Assembly: GCA_963780755.1 (NCBI GenBank)
Contig: CAWACX010000002.1
Span: 81,426-145,425, forward strand
Direction of reading: 5' to 3'
Source of the DNA: an uncultured Acidobacteriota bacterium
GTDB taxonomy: Bacteria; Actinomycetota; Acidimicrobiia; Spongiisociales; ZC4RG35
Length of the DNA stretch: 64,000 bases
The notes under the pieces are model-generated. The model did no database searches. It had not been told where the DNA came from and saw only the letters and a list, made by a program, of their open reading frames with translations. A program made the translations under genes and the position numbers. Of this stretch, positions 36,984-47,372 are shown one piece after another. Numbering within the stretch: position 1 is the stretch's first letter; every line of letters starts with the position of its first letter.

Positions 36984-38776
36984 GACGCCTCCTCCGCCAT
37001 CCTCCGGGCATCTTCCTCGTAGGCCTGGACCAAACGGGCATACCCGGGGGTGGTGGCCAAGAGCTCGTCGTGATTCCCGTGGGCCACGACTCGGCGCTCG
37101 TCGACATAGACCACCTCGTCGGCCAGGCGGATCGAGGCCGGGCGATAGGCGACCACCACGATCGTCGAGGGGAGCTCAGCCGTGCGCAAGCTGCGCAGAA
37201 TCTCGGCCTCGACGGACGGATCGACCGCCGAAGTGGCGTCGTCGAGGATCAGGACACGGGGCTTGCGGATAAGGGCCCGGGCCAATGCGATCCTCTGTCG
37301 CTGACCCCCGGACAGGGTCGTCCCCCGCTCTCCGAGTTGGGTTTCGAACCCGTTGGGCAGGGCGGATATGAAGGCGTCGGCCCCCGCCAGCCGGGCCGCA
37401 TTCCGGACCTCGGTCTCGGAGAATTCCTGGCCCAGGGTGATGTTGCCGCGGACGGTATCGTCGAAGAGGAAGGCCTCCTGGGTGACATACGACACCTCTT
37501 TGGGCAGCTCGGACGGCCCGAATGAGCGCAGATCCTGGCCATCGATGTGGATCGCACCCTGTGCCGGGTCCCAGAGCCGGGCCATCAGCAGCGTGAGCGT
37601 CGACTTGCCGGAGGCGGTGGGACCGACGACAGCCAGAGTGGTCCCAGCCGTGAGGTGGAGGTCGAGCCCATCGAGGACCGGTGCGGTGTCGTCGTAGGCG
37701 AAAGACACGGTCTGCCCGCGGATCGGGGCCGCGCCTGCATCGGGCCGGGCGAGGGCCTCCCCGTACTCCATGAACTCGTCAGCTTCGAACACCCCCTCCA
37801 CCCGCCTCCAACCCGCGAGGCTGCCAGCCAGGTCCCAGAGCACGAAACCGATGAGCTGGATCGGAAAGGCCAGCAACGACAGCAAGTAGGCGACGGTGAC
37901 GATCTCACCCGGGGTCACATCCCCCTGTCCCACGAGGTAGGCACCAACGGCGAGCAACGAGATGATTAGCGCCTGCGGGAGGGCGCGGATCACCGCCTGG
38001 TACGACGCCCAGGTCGAGTTCACCTTGATCAGCCGGTCTCGAAGCAAGTCGGATGCGACGCCGAAATGATCGGCGACGAAGTCCTCCCGTCCCAGGGACT
38101 TCACGGTGAGGGCGCCGTCGAAAGACTCATGGGCGACTGAAGCGACGTCGCCGCGGGAGGCTTGGACCCTTTCCCAAAGCTCGAAGGTCACCCAGCTTCC
38201 CTTGATGTCGATGACGGCAATAACGATCAGCCCGACAGTGGCCCCGAGCCCGAGCCAGGGATCGATGGCCGTGATCATCACGATCGTTCCCACCAGGAGC
38301 AGCGAGACCCCGGTCGCGTAGGGCAGCGGCCCGAGGACGCCGGTCCCCTGGTCGACGTCGGCGTCGGCCACGGCGAGCAGGTCGCCGATCGACTGCCGGT
38401 TGAGCCAGGACATGCGCAGGGAGAGCTGGTGCTCGAGGAGCTGGTTGCGCAGGTCGCGGCGTGTGGAGAACTGAAGCCAGCCGGCCGCGGTGCGCCGGAG
38501 GACGATCCCGCCGGCCTTGATCACCGCCACGGCGAGGATGGCGGCAACCGCGGGAAGGACCAGGCCCTCGGGGGGTACCCCTTTGTCGAGCACCGGGATG
38601 ATCAACTCATCCGTGACCCGGCCGATGACCCACGCCGAAGCGATGATGGCCCCGGCGAACACGGCGGCGCCGAACACGGCCAGCCCGAAGGCCGCCGGGT
38701 GCCCTTTGACGAAACGCCAAATGAGGCTGATTCCGTCGCGGAGCACCAACCAAGGGGTGTTTTTCTCGGAGGGCAT
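36980..38776 (-). CDS. ABC exporter, fused permease/ATP-binding subunit (partner of 35220..36983)
   Basis: Walker A GPTASGKST, signature LSGGQRQ and Walker B VLILDDATS, with a GTGA overlap to the downstream partner. The start is ATG at 38776 (the track uses TTG at 38794). Confidence 0.9.
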   Translation of the reverse strand: MPSEKNTPWLVLRDGISLIWRFVKGHPAAFGLAVFGAAVFAGAIIASAWVIGRVTDELIIPVLDKGVPPEGLVLPAVAAILAVAVIKAGGIVLRRTAAGWLQFSTRRDLRNQLLEHQLSLRMSWLNRQSIGDLLAVADADVDQGTGVLGPLPYATGVSLLLVGTIVMITAIDPWLGLGATVGLIVIAVIDIKGSWVTFELWERVQASRGDVASVAHESFDGALTVKSLGREDFVADHFGVASDLLRDRLIKVNSTWASYQAVIRALPQALIISLLAVGAYLVGQGDVTPGEIVTVAYLLSLLAFPIQLIGFVLWDLAGSLAGWRRVEGVFEADEFMEYGEALARPDAGAAPIRGQTVSFAYDDTAPVLDGLDLHLTAGTTLAVVGPTASGKSTLTLLMARLWDPAQGAIHIDGQDLRSFGPSELPKEVSYVTQEAFLFDDTVRGNITLGQEFSETEVRNAARLAGADAFISALPNGFETQLGERGTTLSGGQRQRIALARALIRKPRVLILDDATSAVDPSVEAEILRSLRTAELPSTIVVVAYRPASIRLADEVVYVDERRVVAHGNHDELLATTPGYARLVQAYEEDARRMAEEAS

Positions 38777-38941
38777 GGATCTCGAACCTGACAACCGGTT
38801 ACGGCGCCCAGACCTTCCATGGTCGGGCCCGGCCGGATTCGAGAGTGTACGACCCGGGGCGATGATCCCCGGCCGAATAAGTTTCCTCCCCCAGGAGCGA
38901 AGCGACGTTGGGGAAGGTGGCCCGGAGGGCCGGAGGGGGTC

Positions 38942-39928
38942 CTAGACCAGGTCGGCCTCGCGGATCCCGAAGGAGGGATGGCGGAGACGGCACAGGGCCA
39001 GCTTCTCCAGCTGGCGGATCCGCTCCCGGGTCAGATTGAACTCGTCACCGATCTCCTCCAGCGTGCGGGGCACGCCGTCGTAGAACCCGTAGCGCAAAGC
39101 CAGGATCCGGCCCTCACGCTCGGGGAGGCGCTCGATGGAGATGCGGAGCGAGTTGGCGACATCCATCTCCTCGGTCATCTGCACCGGATCGGCCGCGTCC
39201 TCGTCCTCGATGAAGTCACCGAGTTGGGCACCGTCCTCGCCGATGGGCTGCTCCAGCGAGACGGTGTCGGCGACACTCAGCGCTAGCTCCACCTTGTCGG
39301 CGGTGACGCCTGCCTCCTCGGCGATCTCTTCCGGCCTCGGGTCGCGACCCAGCTCGGCCTTCAACGAGGCCTGGGCGGCGCGCACCGCAGCGAGGGTGTC
39401 ATGGAGGTGGACAGGGATCCGAACCGTCCGCGACTTGTCGGCGATGGCTCTGGTGATCGCCTGACGGATCCACCAGGTCGCATATGTCGAGAACTTGAAG
39501 CCCTTGCGCCAGTCGAACTTCTCGACGGCGCGGATCAGGCCAAGGTTGCCCTCCTGGATCAGGTCGAGGAAGTCGATCCCTGAGGTGTTGGCATAACGCC
39601 TGGCGTTGGCGACGACGAGGCGGAGGTTGGCGGTGAGGAAGTCGTCCTTGGCCTGCGCCCCGCGGCGGGCCAGTCGGCGCAACTCCATCTCTTCGCGCTT
39701 CCCGCTGTACTCGCCCTTCTCCAGCTTCTCGGCGGCTTCCTCGCCGGATTCGATCTTCTGGGCCAGCTCCACTTCCTGCTCGGCGGTGAGCAGGTCGTAT
39801 TCGCCGATAGCCGTCAGATACTGGGAGACCAGGTCCGTGGTGAGGCGGCCGCGCTCGTCTGTCAGCTTCGAGTGAAGCCGGGGACGCGGTTTCTCGGTTT
39901 TGTCTGTACGCGTTTCAGCAGCAGCCAT
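38942..39928 (-). CDS. RpoD-family (group 1/2) sigma-70 factor
   Basis: 328 aa with region 2 ([12 protein letters not shown]...[41 protein letters not shown]), region 3 and region 4 ([14 protein letters not shown]). Confidence 0.9.
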   Translation of the reverse strand: MAAAETRTDKTEKPRPRLHSKLTDERGRLTTDLVSQYLTAIGEYDLLTAEQEVELAQKIESGEEAAEKLEKGEYSGKREEMELRRLARRGAQAKDDFLTANLRLVVANARRYANTSGIDFLDLIQEGNLGLIRAVEKFDWRKGFKFSTYATWWIRQAITRAIADKSRTVRIPVHLHDTLAAVRAAQASLKAELGRDPRPEEIAEEAGVTADKVELALSVADTVSLEQPIGEDGAQLGDFIEDEDAADPVQMTEEMDVANSLRISIERLPEREGRILALRYGFYDGVPRTLEEIGDEFNLTRERIRQLEKLALCRLRHPSFGIREADLV

Positions 39929-40072
39929 AAAGTTCTAAGTCCTCCAGGGGCCCGTGGGCAGGGAATCGTGTGTTCCCCGGGCCGACCAACTATGACACAA
40001 GACGGGCGTTTTGTGAACCCCCCTCTTTTCCACATGGTTAGACGTGCTGGTTGTTGACATAGTTCCCACCTG

Positions 40073-40768
40073 TCACACCTCTTCGACGAACTGGAGGATC
40101 CTCATCCCTTCTGAGTCCTCGAGGTCGAGCTCTCTCCCGCTGCGACCCACCGACAACCGGTGGGAGGCCACCCGGGGCAGCCAACCCAGATACAGCGCTT
40201 CCTGCTCCATAACCGGCTCCGGGCACATCATCCTGGTGCCGCCGGCAACTCCGATCTCCAAACGATCAGGGCCGATGTCGTAGGCGGCGGTGTAGCGGTT
40301 GCACCCCGAGTTACCGGAGAGCCTTCCGTCATCGTCGAATTGGAGAGTGACCAACACATCTCCCAACACAGATGTAAACCCGCTCCCACCGTCGTGAATT
40401 CCCCTCAAGACCCAGGTCACGCCACGTATCTCCTCATCGACCCGAGCCAGGCGCAACAGCACCTGATCGCCGTCTCGGACTTCGAGTCGGTCTCCCACGA
40501 CTACCTGGCTCTTCGCCCTCTCCAGTAGGGCGAGAAAGGCGTCCTCCTGGGCCATGACCTCAGGAGGGCCGGCCATCATCGTCCGGCCCAAGGGACCGAT
40601 GACGCCGTCTTCGTCGACGCGTCCGAACAACCGATTGCAGCCCCCGAAGCCTGACACCGACCCGTCCCCGCCGATCTCGAGAGTGACATTCGTGCCGGCG
40701 ATCAGTGGCCCCAGTCCCTCTGGGCCGGCGAGCTCTACGACCACCCACTTGCCGGCTGCGGTCACCAC
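40073..40768 (-). CDS. tandem META-domain protein (HslJ-like)
   Basis: Two copies of the pattern W...L......VTL.F..DG.vSG.sGCNRy. The GTG at 40768 follows directly after the sixA stop. The longer track ORF overlaps sixA out of frame. Confidence 0.65.
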   Translation of the reverse strand: MVTAAGKWVVVELAGPEGLGPLIAGTNVTLEIGGDGSVSGFGGCNRLFGRVDEDGVIGPLGRTMMAGPPEVMAQEDAFLALLERAKSQVVVGDRLEVRDGDQVLLRLARVDEEIRGVTWVLRGIHDGGSGFTSVLGDVLVTLQFDDDGRLSGNSGCNRYTAAYDIGPDRLEIGVAGGTRMMCPEPVMEQEALYLGWLPRVASHRLSVGRSGRELDLEDSEGMRILQFVEEV

Positions 40769-40769
40769 G

Positions 40770-41288
40770 TCATGCTCCGTCGTCCTGGTCCCACTCCGAT
40801 CCGAAGAACATGCGAGGGTTGATCGCGAACCGGACCCAGCCTCTGGCCTGGTCCAGGCCATGCCAATGGTCGGCAAGGAGATCGATGGCGACCACCGCCC
40901 CGGTCCGCATTTCCAACCGGCCGCCGCTGATCCGCTCGGCGAGCATGGACCATGTCGGTTCGTGCCCGACGAGCATGATCCGCTCCTCGTCACCGGCCTG
41001 CTTCTCCGTCGCCGTGAGCACACTGTCGGGCCCGGTGCCATAGAAGTCGGGCACGACCTGCAGCGGGCAGTCCCATCCGCCGGCACGCGCCGCTTCCTCC
41101 GCCGTGGTCCGGGCGCGCATGGCCGAGGAGGTGAGCACGAGGTCGGGGACTTCCGCCCACGCCGAGAGCACCCGTCCCATCACCGTCGCGCTGCGGTGCC
41201 CGCGAGATGCAAGGGGGCGGTCGTGGTCCGATCCATACGAGGCGTCCCAATCTGATTTCGCATGCCGCATGAGCAGGATGGTCTTCAC
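40770..41288 (-). CDS. sixA: histidine phosphatase family protein (SixA-like)
   Basis: 172 aa. LLMRHAKSDW...RPLASRGHR...VGHEP is the RHG/H catalytic motif set. Confidence 0.8.
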   Translation of the reverse strand: MKTILLMRHAKSDWDASYGSDHDRPLASRGHRSATVMGRVLSAWAEVPDLVLTSSAMRARTTAEEAARAGGWDCPLQVVPDFYGTGPDSVLTATEKQAGDEERIMLVGHEPTWSMLAERISGGRLEMRTGAVVAIDLLADHWHGLDQARGWVRFAINPRMFFGSEWDQDDGA

Positions 41289-41346
41289 CGCTTCCAGCCT
41301 ACGAAATCCGGGCTGTCGAGGTTCGGGCTCGCCCTAGCCTGACCCC

Positions 41347-41982
41347 GTGCCGGAGCCCACCACCCTCCTCGTCTTTCTCGGCGCCTGCTTGCTCCTGTTC
41401 GTGATACCGGGGCCTGCGGTGCTCTACGTCGTCACCCGCAGCGTCACCCAGGGCCGGCGGGCCGGATTGATCTCGGTGCTTGGCATCCACCTCGGAAGCC
41501 TGGTCCACATCGCCGCCGCGATCGCCGGGCTCAGCGCGCTGATCGCCGCCTCGGCGACGGCGTTTGCCGCCATCAAGTGGGCCGGGGTCGGCTATCTCCT
41601 CTACCTCGCGGTGTCCACGTTTCGTTCCGCGGGTCGTGACCAGGAAGTAGAACTGATAGAGCCGATGTCTGAGCGACGAATCTTCTGGCAGGGGGCGGTG
41701 GTCAACATCCTCAATCCCAAGACTGCCCTCTTCTTCCTTGCCTTCGTGCCTCAGTTCGTGGACCCGGCACTGGGCAGCACCACCTTGCAGTTGGTCGTGC
41801 TGGGAGCCGTCTTCGTGATCGCGGGGATGATCAGCGACGGGACCTATGCGCTGTTGGCGGGCGCGGCCGGAAATCGATTCATGCGCAACGACTCCTGGCG
41901 CCGGGCTCAGGGATACGTGGCGGGAACCATCTACCTCGGCCTCGGGGTTGCCGCCGCTCTCACTGGCCGCTCCAGCGAATAG
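41347..41982 (+). CDS. LysE/RhtB-family amino-acid exporter
   Basis: 211 aa. LLVFLGACLLLFVIPGPAVLYV is the typical LysE N-terminus, with about 5-6 TM segments. Confidence 0.85.
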   Translation: MPEPTTLLVFLGACLLLFVIPGPAVLYVVTRSVTQGRRAGLISVLGIHLGSLVHIAAAIAGLSALIAASATAFAAIKWAGVGYLLYLAVSTFRSAGRDQEVELIEPMSERRIFWQGAVVNILNPKTALFFLAFVPQFVDPALGSTTLQLVVLGAVFVIAGMISDGTYALLAGAAGNRFMRNDSWRRAQGYVAGTIYLGLGVAAALTGRSSE

Positions 41983-41990
41983 CCGAGGCG

Positions 41991-42671
41991 TCAGACGGCG
42001 AGCCGGGCTGCGGTGGTGAAGATCCTGGGGTCGGGATAGTCCTCGCAGTAGTTGTAGGGGTAGGCGACCCTGATCAACCCGTCGCTACCGACCACGAACT
42101 CGCCGGCCTGCATCCAGGGGTCGTCTACCAGCGGCCGACCCAGCGCACGGCGCGATTCCTGGAATGCGACTCCGGTCTCCTCGGCGAGATCGCAGAACTC
42201 GTCCGGAGCGTCGTAGAGGACCTGTTCCCGGGACCAGTGCCCCAGCCCAAAGGCCCGATGCGTGGAGTAATCGGGGTCGGCGAGCATGGGCACGGGAATC
42301 CCGTACTTCTCCTTGTAAAGGGCCACACGCTCCCGATCACCAGGGGCCACCACCACGACTTCGAGCCCGGCGTCCAGGTATCCCCGAATGTCGGCTTTGA
42401 GCCGCTCAGCTCGCTCCAACCCGCAGCCGCATCCCAGGTGACGCCACAGGATCACCAGAGCCGGCTTCTCCGCCCAATGCGAGCCGAGCCTCACCGCCGA
42501 CCCGTCCTCCGCGATCAGCTCCAAGTCGGGGGCGGAGTCGCCGCGACGCAACGGGTTGCCGGGAAGGGTCGGGCCCTCGAGCCAATGCTGGAGCCAGCGT
42601 TGCTCGGCGTTCGAATACAGCTCACGGATGTCACCTTCGCTCATGTCACGAACGTAACCGAGCCAGGTCAC
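41991..42671 (-). CDS. thioredoxin-fold, AhpC/TSA-like (peroxiredoxin-like) protein
   Basis: 226 aa. ...[22 protein letters not shown]... matches the redoxin-like fold pattern. The start may instead be the ATG at 42644. Confidence 0.55.
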   Translation of the reverse strand: MTWLGYVRDMSEGDIRELYSNAEQRWLQHWLEGPTLPGNPLRRGDSAPDLELIAEDGSAVRLGSHWAEKPALVILWRHLGCGCGLERAERLKADIRGYLDAGLEVVVVAPGDRERVALYKEKYGIPVPMLADPDYSTHRAFGLGHWSREQVLYDAPDEFCDLAEETGVAFQESRRALGRPLVDDPWMQAGEFVVGSDGLIRVAYPYNYCEDYPDPRIFTTAARLAV

Positions 42672-42702
42672 CCATAATTCCTGGCGCAGGTACGGTCACG
42701 GT

Positions 42703-44679
42703 GTGCCCAACCGCCTCGCTGATGCCACCTCGCCGTACCTCCTCCAGCACAAGGACAATCCCGTGCACTGGCAGGAGTGGGGCGACGACGCGTTTGCCGA
42801 CGCGAAGGCCCGGGACCAGCCGGTATTGCTCAGCGTCGGCTACTCGGCCTGCCATTGGTGCCATGTGATGGCCCACGAGTCCTTCGAGGACCAGGAGACG
42901 GCCGCAGAGATGAACCGCCTCTTCGTCAACGTCAAGGTCGACCGCGAGGAACGGCCCGACGTCGACTCGGTCTACATGGAAGCCGTCCAGACGATGACAG
43001 GCCGCGGGGGATGGCCGATGACGGTGTGGCTGACACCCGATGGGGAGCCATTCTTCGCGGGGACCTATTTCCCTCCCGATGACCGGCAGGGGATGCCCTC
43101 CTTCAAGCGGGTCATGGCCGCAGTCTCCGATGCCTGGGTCAACCGTCGCAGCGAGGTGCTGGAGCAGTCCGGGCGGCTGATGGAGGCGATAAGCCGGGAG
43201 ATGCCCATTGCCGAAGACCTCCCCGGTGTGGAGGCCCTGGCTGAGGCCCACCGCAACATCGCAGCTTCGTTCGATCCGATCAACGGTGGTTTCGGCAACG
43301 CCCCCAAGTTTCCGCAACAGCCGATCCTGGAGTTCCTGCTCCGAACCCACGGCGAGCCGTGGGGCGAGCGGGGAGGGGAGATGCTGCGCCGGACTCTGCA
43401 CGAGATGGCGGACGGCGGGATCCACGATCAGCTCGGAGGCGGGTTCGCCCGCTACTCGGTGGACAACCAGTGGCTGGTCCCTCATTTCGAGAAGATGCTC
43501 TACGACAACGCCCAGCTGGCCCGGATCTACCTCTGGTCAGGCATCGAGCTCGACGAGCCCCGCTTCATCGAGGTCGCCCGCTCCACCCTCGACTACCTGC
43601 TCGCCGACCTCCACCATCCCGACGGCGGCTTCTACTCGGCGGAAGACGCCGACTCTGAGGGTGTCGAGGGCAAGTTCTACGTGTGGTCCCTCGGCGACCT
43701 GACCGAGGTGCTCGGCGAGGAGGACGCGACCGAGGCTGCCCGGTTCTTCGGTGCTTCACGGCATGGCAACTTCGAGGGCTCCAACATCCTCTACCGCCCG
43801 ACCCGCGAGCCCATGACCGACCGCATGGCGGCGATCAGAGACCGGCTCCTCGAGGCCCGTGCGGCGCGGGTGCGGCCCGGCCTCGACGACAAGGTGGTCG
43901 CCTCGTGGAACGGCCTGGCACTCCGGGCGATGGCCGAGGCCGGCGCCGCGCTATCCGACGAGCGATACCTGCAGGCAGCCATCCAAACCGGCGGCTTTCT
44001 CGTGGACAACCTGATCGCGGACGGGGTCGCAATGAGGTCCTGGCGGCAGGGCCAGGCGCGGGTGGCGGGGTTTCTCGAGGACTACGGCGGCCTCGCCGTT
44101 GGTCTCTTTGCCCTCTACGCCGCCACTGGCGAAGTGCGGTGGTACGAGGTGGGAGCGGAGCTGGCAAGCATCATCCCGACCCGGTTCGGCGCCCCGGAGG
44201 GAGGCCTCTTCGACACCGCACAGGACGCGGAGAAGCTGATCAAGCGACCCAGGGACCCGATCGACAACCCACTCCCCTCGGGCAACGCCATGGCCGCCGA
44301 AGCGCTCCTGATCCTTCACGGCTACACCGGGGCGGACAGGTGGCGCCAGTCGGCCATCGAGGCACTTGGGACCACGGCTGCCCTAGTCGGGAGTTACCCG
44401 GCGATGGTGGGCCACCATCTCTCCACCCTGCACGCCATGAGCGGCCTTCGCGAACTGGCGGTGGTCGGCCCCGACCCGGAGCCTCTCTCCGCCGTGTACT
44501 GGGAGCGGTTCCGACCTCACATGGCCTTCGCCTACTCCCGGAGTGAAGAGGACCGGGTACCACTCCTCCAAGGGCGCGCCGCGGAGTCGGGCACCACCCT
44601 GGCCTACCTCTGTGAGGGCCATGTCTGCAACCTCCCCACGGCCGATCCCCAGGCGCTACGGGAGCAACTCGCGGGCTGA
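42703..44679 (+). CDS. thioredoxin-domain protein, DUF255/YyaL family (N-acylglucosamine epimerase-like C-terminus)
   Basis: 658 aa. [22 protein letters not shown]...[20 protein letters not shown] is the family hallmark. Confidence 0.85.
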   Translation: MPNRLADATSPYLLQHKDNPVHWQEWGDDAFADAKARDQPVLLSVGYSACHWCHVMAHESFEDQETAAEMNRLFVNVKVDREERPDVDSVYMEAVQTMTGRGGWPMTVWLTPDGEPFFAGTYFPPDDRQGMPSFKRVMAAVSDAWVNRRSEVLEQSGRLMEAISREMPIAEDLPGVEALAEAHRNIAASFDPINGGFGNAPKFPQQPILEFLLRTHGEPWGERGGEMLRRTLHEMADGGIHDQLGGGFARYSVDNQWLVPHFEKMLYDNAQLARIYLWSGIELDEPRFIEVARSTLDYLLADLHHPDGGFYSAEDADSEGVEGKFYVWSLGDLTEVLGEEDATEAARFFGASRHGNFEGSNILYRPTREPMTDRMAAIRDRLLEARAARVRPGLDDKVVASWNGLALRAMAEAGAALSDERYLQAAIQTGGFLVDNLIADGVAMRSWRQGQARVAGFLEDYGGLAVGLFALYAATGEVRWYEVGAELASIIPTRFGAPEGGLFDTAQDAEKLIKRPRDPIDNPLPSGNAMAAEALLILHGYTGADRWRQSAIEALGTTAALVGSYPAMVGHHLSTLHAMSGLRELAVVGPDPEPLSAVYWERFRPHMAFAYSRSEEDRVPLLQGRAAESGTTLAYLCEGHVCNLPTADPQALREQLAG

Positions 44680-44746
44680 TCGAAGAGGCGCCGCCGCAAC
44701 CGGCCCTGGCATACTTCGACCTCGATTCGGCAGGAAGGAACACGCA

Positions 44747-45160
44747 ATGATTTTCGATTTCTTCGACGATTTGAACTGGGTGGCCGTCCTGGTGGCAGCC
44801 GTAGCCTGGTTTGCATTCAGCGCGGTCTGGTACTCGATCCCGCCCCTGAGCAATGCCTGGCAGCAGGCGGCCAAGGTGACTCCCGGGGAAGGCCCACCGC
44901 TGGCGATGATTCTGATCCCAACCTTCCTCGGCTATTTCGTGACCACGATCGTCATCGCTCTGCTGGTGAACGCGATGGACGCCGACTCTTGGCAAGACGG
45001 GCTGGCACTGGGCGCGGCCTTGGGGATCGGATTCGGTGTGGTCGGCGCCCTGGTCAGCCAGCTCTACGAGCAGAAGGGGCGCTTGTACTGGTTGATCAAC
45101 GGGGTCAACGCCATCATCGCCTATTCGATCGTTGCAGTGATCCTCAGCCTCTGGGACTGA
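44747..45160 (+). CDS. DUF1761-family membrane protein
   Basis: From the ATG at 44747 (SD AGGAAGGA upstream): MIFDFFDDLNWVAVLVAAVAWFAFSAVWYS..., with 4 TM segments. Confidence 0.6.
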   Translation: MIFDFFDDLNWVAVLVAAVAWFAFSAVWYSIPPLSNAWQQAAKVTPGEGPPLAMILIPTFLGYFVTTIVIALLVNAMDADSWQDGLALGAALGIGFGVVGALVSQLYEQKGRLYWLINGVNAIIAYSIVAVILSLWD

Positions 45161-45165
45161 CCCGT

Positions 45166-46054
45166 TCAGACCGGTTGGCTCACCTCGCTCGGGACCTGGA
45201 GCGCCCCGGCCGATGTGAGCACGTAGGCAATCCAAAGCGCGTCGGCGAGGGCCAGGTGCACCAGCTGCATCCATGAGGGCACCCCAAGGGCGACGTTGAT
45301 CGCCCCGGTGATCAGCATCGCCCCCACCAAGGCGGGCACTGCTCTCGCCGCGGCCGAACGCGGGCCTGCACTCCTCCCCGAGATCCACCAGGCAATCGAT
45401 GAGGCGGCCAGGGCGAGAACGGGGTGGATGACACGGAGGTCGGTGAGAAAGTGCGACTCCTCCAGGCTCCCAGCGCCCGACTTGGGGAACAGGGTGTCGG
45501 CGAGGGCGGTGACCGCGCCGGAGGCCGCAATCAGGACCAGGGCTACACCTCCGGCGATGACCCACCGGGTCACGGTGGGCTCGGCCCTGAAGTCGAGCCG
45601 TCGGCCACCGGCGAGCCAGAAGGCGGTCAGGGTCAGCGCCGCCAGCAGGAAGAGAGTGTTGACCAGATGCAGCGGGACCGCGACTACCCGGGCAAGTGAG
45701 GCGTCATCGGCGACCCAGTCGGCGAGGACGATCATTGCGCCGATCAGGGCCTCGATGACGATGGCCACGACGGAGAGGCTCGCTCCGAGCCGGGCCGGCT
45801 CGCCGCGCTCGAGTTCCGCGCCAGACCAGAACTGCGAGTACGCCCACAAGGACCAGCGCCAGCCCGCTCATGGCGCGGTGGGTGAACTCGATGGCGGTGG
45901 CACCCTCCATCTCGGGGACCAGGACTCCCTGGCAGGTGGGCCATGACGACCCGCATCCCGCCCCGCTGCCGGTCGCCCGTACCAGGGCGCCGAGCAGGAT
46001 CACCAGGACGTTGAAACCGACTACGAACCAGGCATAGCGGGCGAGGCGAGGCAC
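45166..46054 (-). pseudogene. ctaA: heme A synthase (CtaA/COX15), apparent +1 frame change near 45847
   Basis: The GTG at 46054 gives MPRLARYAWFVVGFNVLVILLGALVRATGSGAGCGSSWPTCQG...IEFTHRAMSGLALVL. The continuation WAYSQFWSG...VPLHLVNTLF...RVIHPVLA...LVHLALADALW, with conserved His residues, is in the frame of ORF 45166..45849. Confidence 0.8.
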
Positions 46055-46075
46055 GCTCGGGAGGTTAGACCCCCC

Positions 46076-46124
46076 GAAATTTGGGTCGTCAGGGCTCAGA
46101 TGGTGACCTGTCGGTCCAAATTAC
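46076..46124. promoter_or_regulatory. imperfect 18-nt inverted repeat (operator-like) in the divergent ctaA / CBS-like intergenic region
   Basis: GAAATTTGGGTCGTCAGG (46076-46093) matches the reverse complement of CCTGTCGGTCCAAATTAC (46107-46124) at 14 of 18 positions. The AT-rich AAATTTGG/CCAAATT cores stand out in GC-rich DNA. Confidence 0.55.
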
Positions 46125-46136
46125 GATGGGGGGTGC

Positions 46137-47090
46137 ATGGAAATCCATCCCGACGTGGTGGCAACGGTCGGCGACACCCCACTGATCCGCCTCTCCAGAA
46201 TTCACCCGCCGGGGAACCTGGTGGCCAAGCTGGAGTCGACCAACCCCGGGGGCTCGATCAAGGAGCGGATCGCGATTTCCATGATCGACGCCGCCGAGAA
46301 GTCAGGGCTCCTCCGGCCCGGCGGGACCATCGTCGAACCCACCTCCGGCAACACGGGCGTCGGACTGGCGATGATCGGCGCAGTGCGCGGCTACCGGGTG
46401 ATCTGCACCGTGCCCGACAAGGTCTCCAAGGAGAAGCAGGACCTGTTGAAGGCCTACGGGGCCGAAGTGATAGTCACCCCCACCGACCTCCTTCCCGAGC
46501 ACCCCGACTCCTACTACGGGGTTGCCCGGCGCCTGGCCTCCGAGATCGATGGCGCCTTTCATCCCGACCAATACTCGAACCCGGCCAATCCCGAGGCGCA
46601 CTACCTCACGACCGGCCCCGAGATCTGGAAGCAGACCGCGGGGGCGGTGGAGGTCGTCGTGATCGGGGTCGGCACCGGAGGCACCATCTCCGGGGTGAGC
46701 CGCTACCTGAGAGAGCAGAATCCGTCGGTGCTCGTGGTTGGCGTCGATCCTGAGGGGTCGATCTACACCGCGGATGACAGCTCCCAAGTTCACCAGTACT
46801 CGGTGGAGGGAGTGGGTGAGGACTTCTACCCCGAGACCGTCGAGCTCGACCTGATCGACCGCTGGATCGAGGTGACCGACGCCGACTCGTTTGCGATGAC
46901 CCGCCGCCTGGCACACGAAGAGGGGATCCTGGTGGGTGGCTCGTGCGGGATGGCGGCCCATGCCGCTCTCGTCGTCGCCGCCGAAGACACCAGCCGGCTC
47001 GTGGTGGTCATCCTCCCCGACTCCGGGCGCGGCTACCTCTCGAAGGTGTTCAACGACGAGTGGATGGCTGACAACGGCTTCGACACGTGA
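46137..47090 (+). CDS. PLP-dependent cysteine synthase / cystathionine beta-synthase family enzyme (no CBS-pair domain)
   Basis: 317 aa. NPGGSIKERIA (PLP lysine), TSGNTGVGLA, GVGTGGTISG. Confidence 0.85.
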   Translation: MEIHPDVVATVGDTPLIRLSRIHPPGNLVAKLESTNPGGSIKERIAISMIDAAEKSGLLRPGGTIVEPTSGNTGVGLAMIGAVRGYRVICTVPDKVSKEKQDLLKAYGAEVIVTPTDLLPEHPDSYYGVARRLASEIDGAFHPDQYSNPANPEAHYLTTGPEIWKQTAGAVEVVVIGVGTGGTISGVSRYLREQNPSVLVVGVDPEGSIYTADDSSQVHQYSVEGVGEDFYPETVELDLIDRWIEVTDADSFAMTRRLAHEEGILVGGSCGMAAHAALVVAAEDTSRLVVVILPDSGRGYLSKVFNDEWMADNGFDT

Positions 47091-47120
47091 GAAGGCCCCC
47101 GGCGAACCGGGGGCCTTCTC
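47089..47120. terminator. perfect 14-bp GC-rich hairpin shared by convergent genes
   Basis: GAGAAGGCCCCCGG-CGAA-CCGGGGGCCTTCTC starts within the stop codon of the CBS-like gene. Confidence 0.7.
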
Positions 47121-47372
47121 TCAGAAGTTCAGCTTTGGCGTTGCTTCGGCGATGACGCCGCCACGAATGGACGAGGTCCGTGGTGTCCAAAAGCCGGGTG
47201 GTCCGAGTGTGGAGTCGCCACCGGTCCCGAAGGACGAGCGGCGCACGCGGTCAGCGCCGCTCAGCGCTCGACCACCTCCAGAGTCCAAAGACTTTCATAC
47301 AACCTAGGACCACCTCCTTTCTCTGGTGAGTGCAGTCTGCCACGCCCCGGTGCCTTGGTGCCAGCTTTTTTC

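Noticed and set aside
47251-47253. The single in-frame TGA in the short ORF starting at 47298, considered as possible selenocysteine or readthrough because the frame stays open afterwards.
   Set aside because: The readthrough frame runs through the terminator hairpin into the antisense of the neighbouring gene. No SECIS-like stem was evident right after the TGA, and no sel genes are in view.
47307-47322. GGACCACCTCCTTTCT on the plus strand, resembling the 3' end of 16S rRNA.
   Set aside because: Only the anti-SD tail matches, and the upstream 1.5 kb is a protein-coding gene (CBS/CysK-type). It is better read as a Shine-Dalgarno sequence on the opposite strand.
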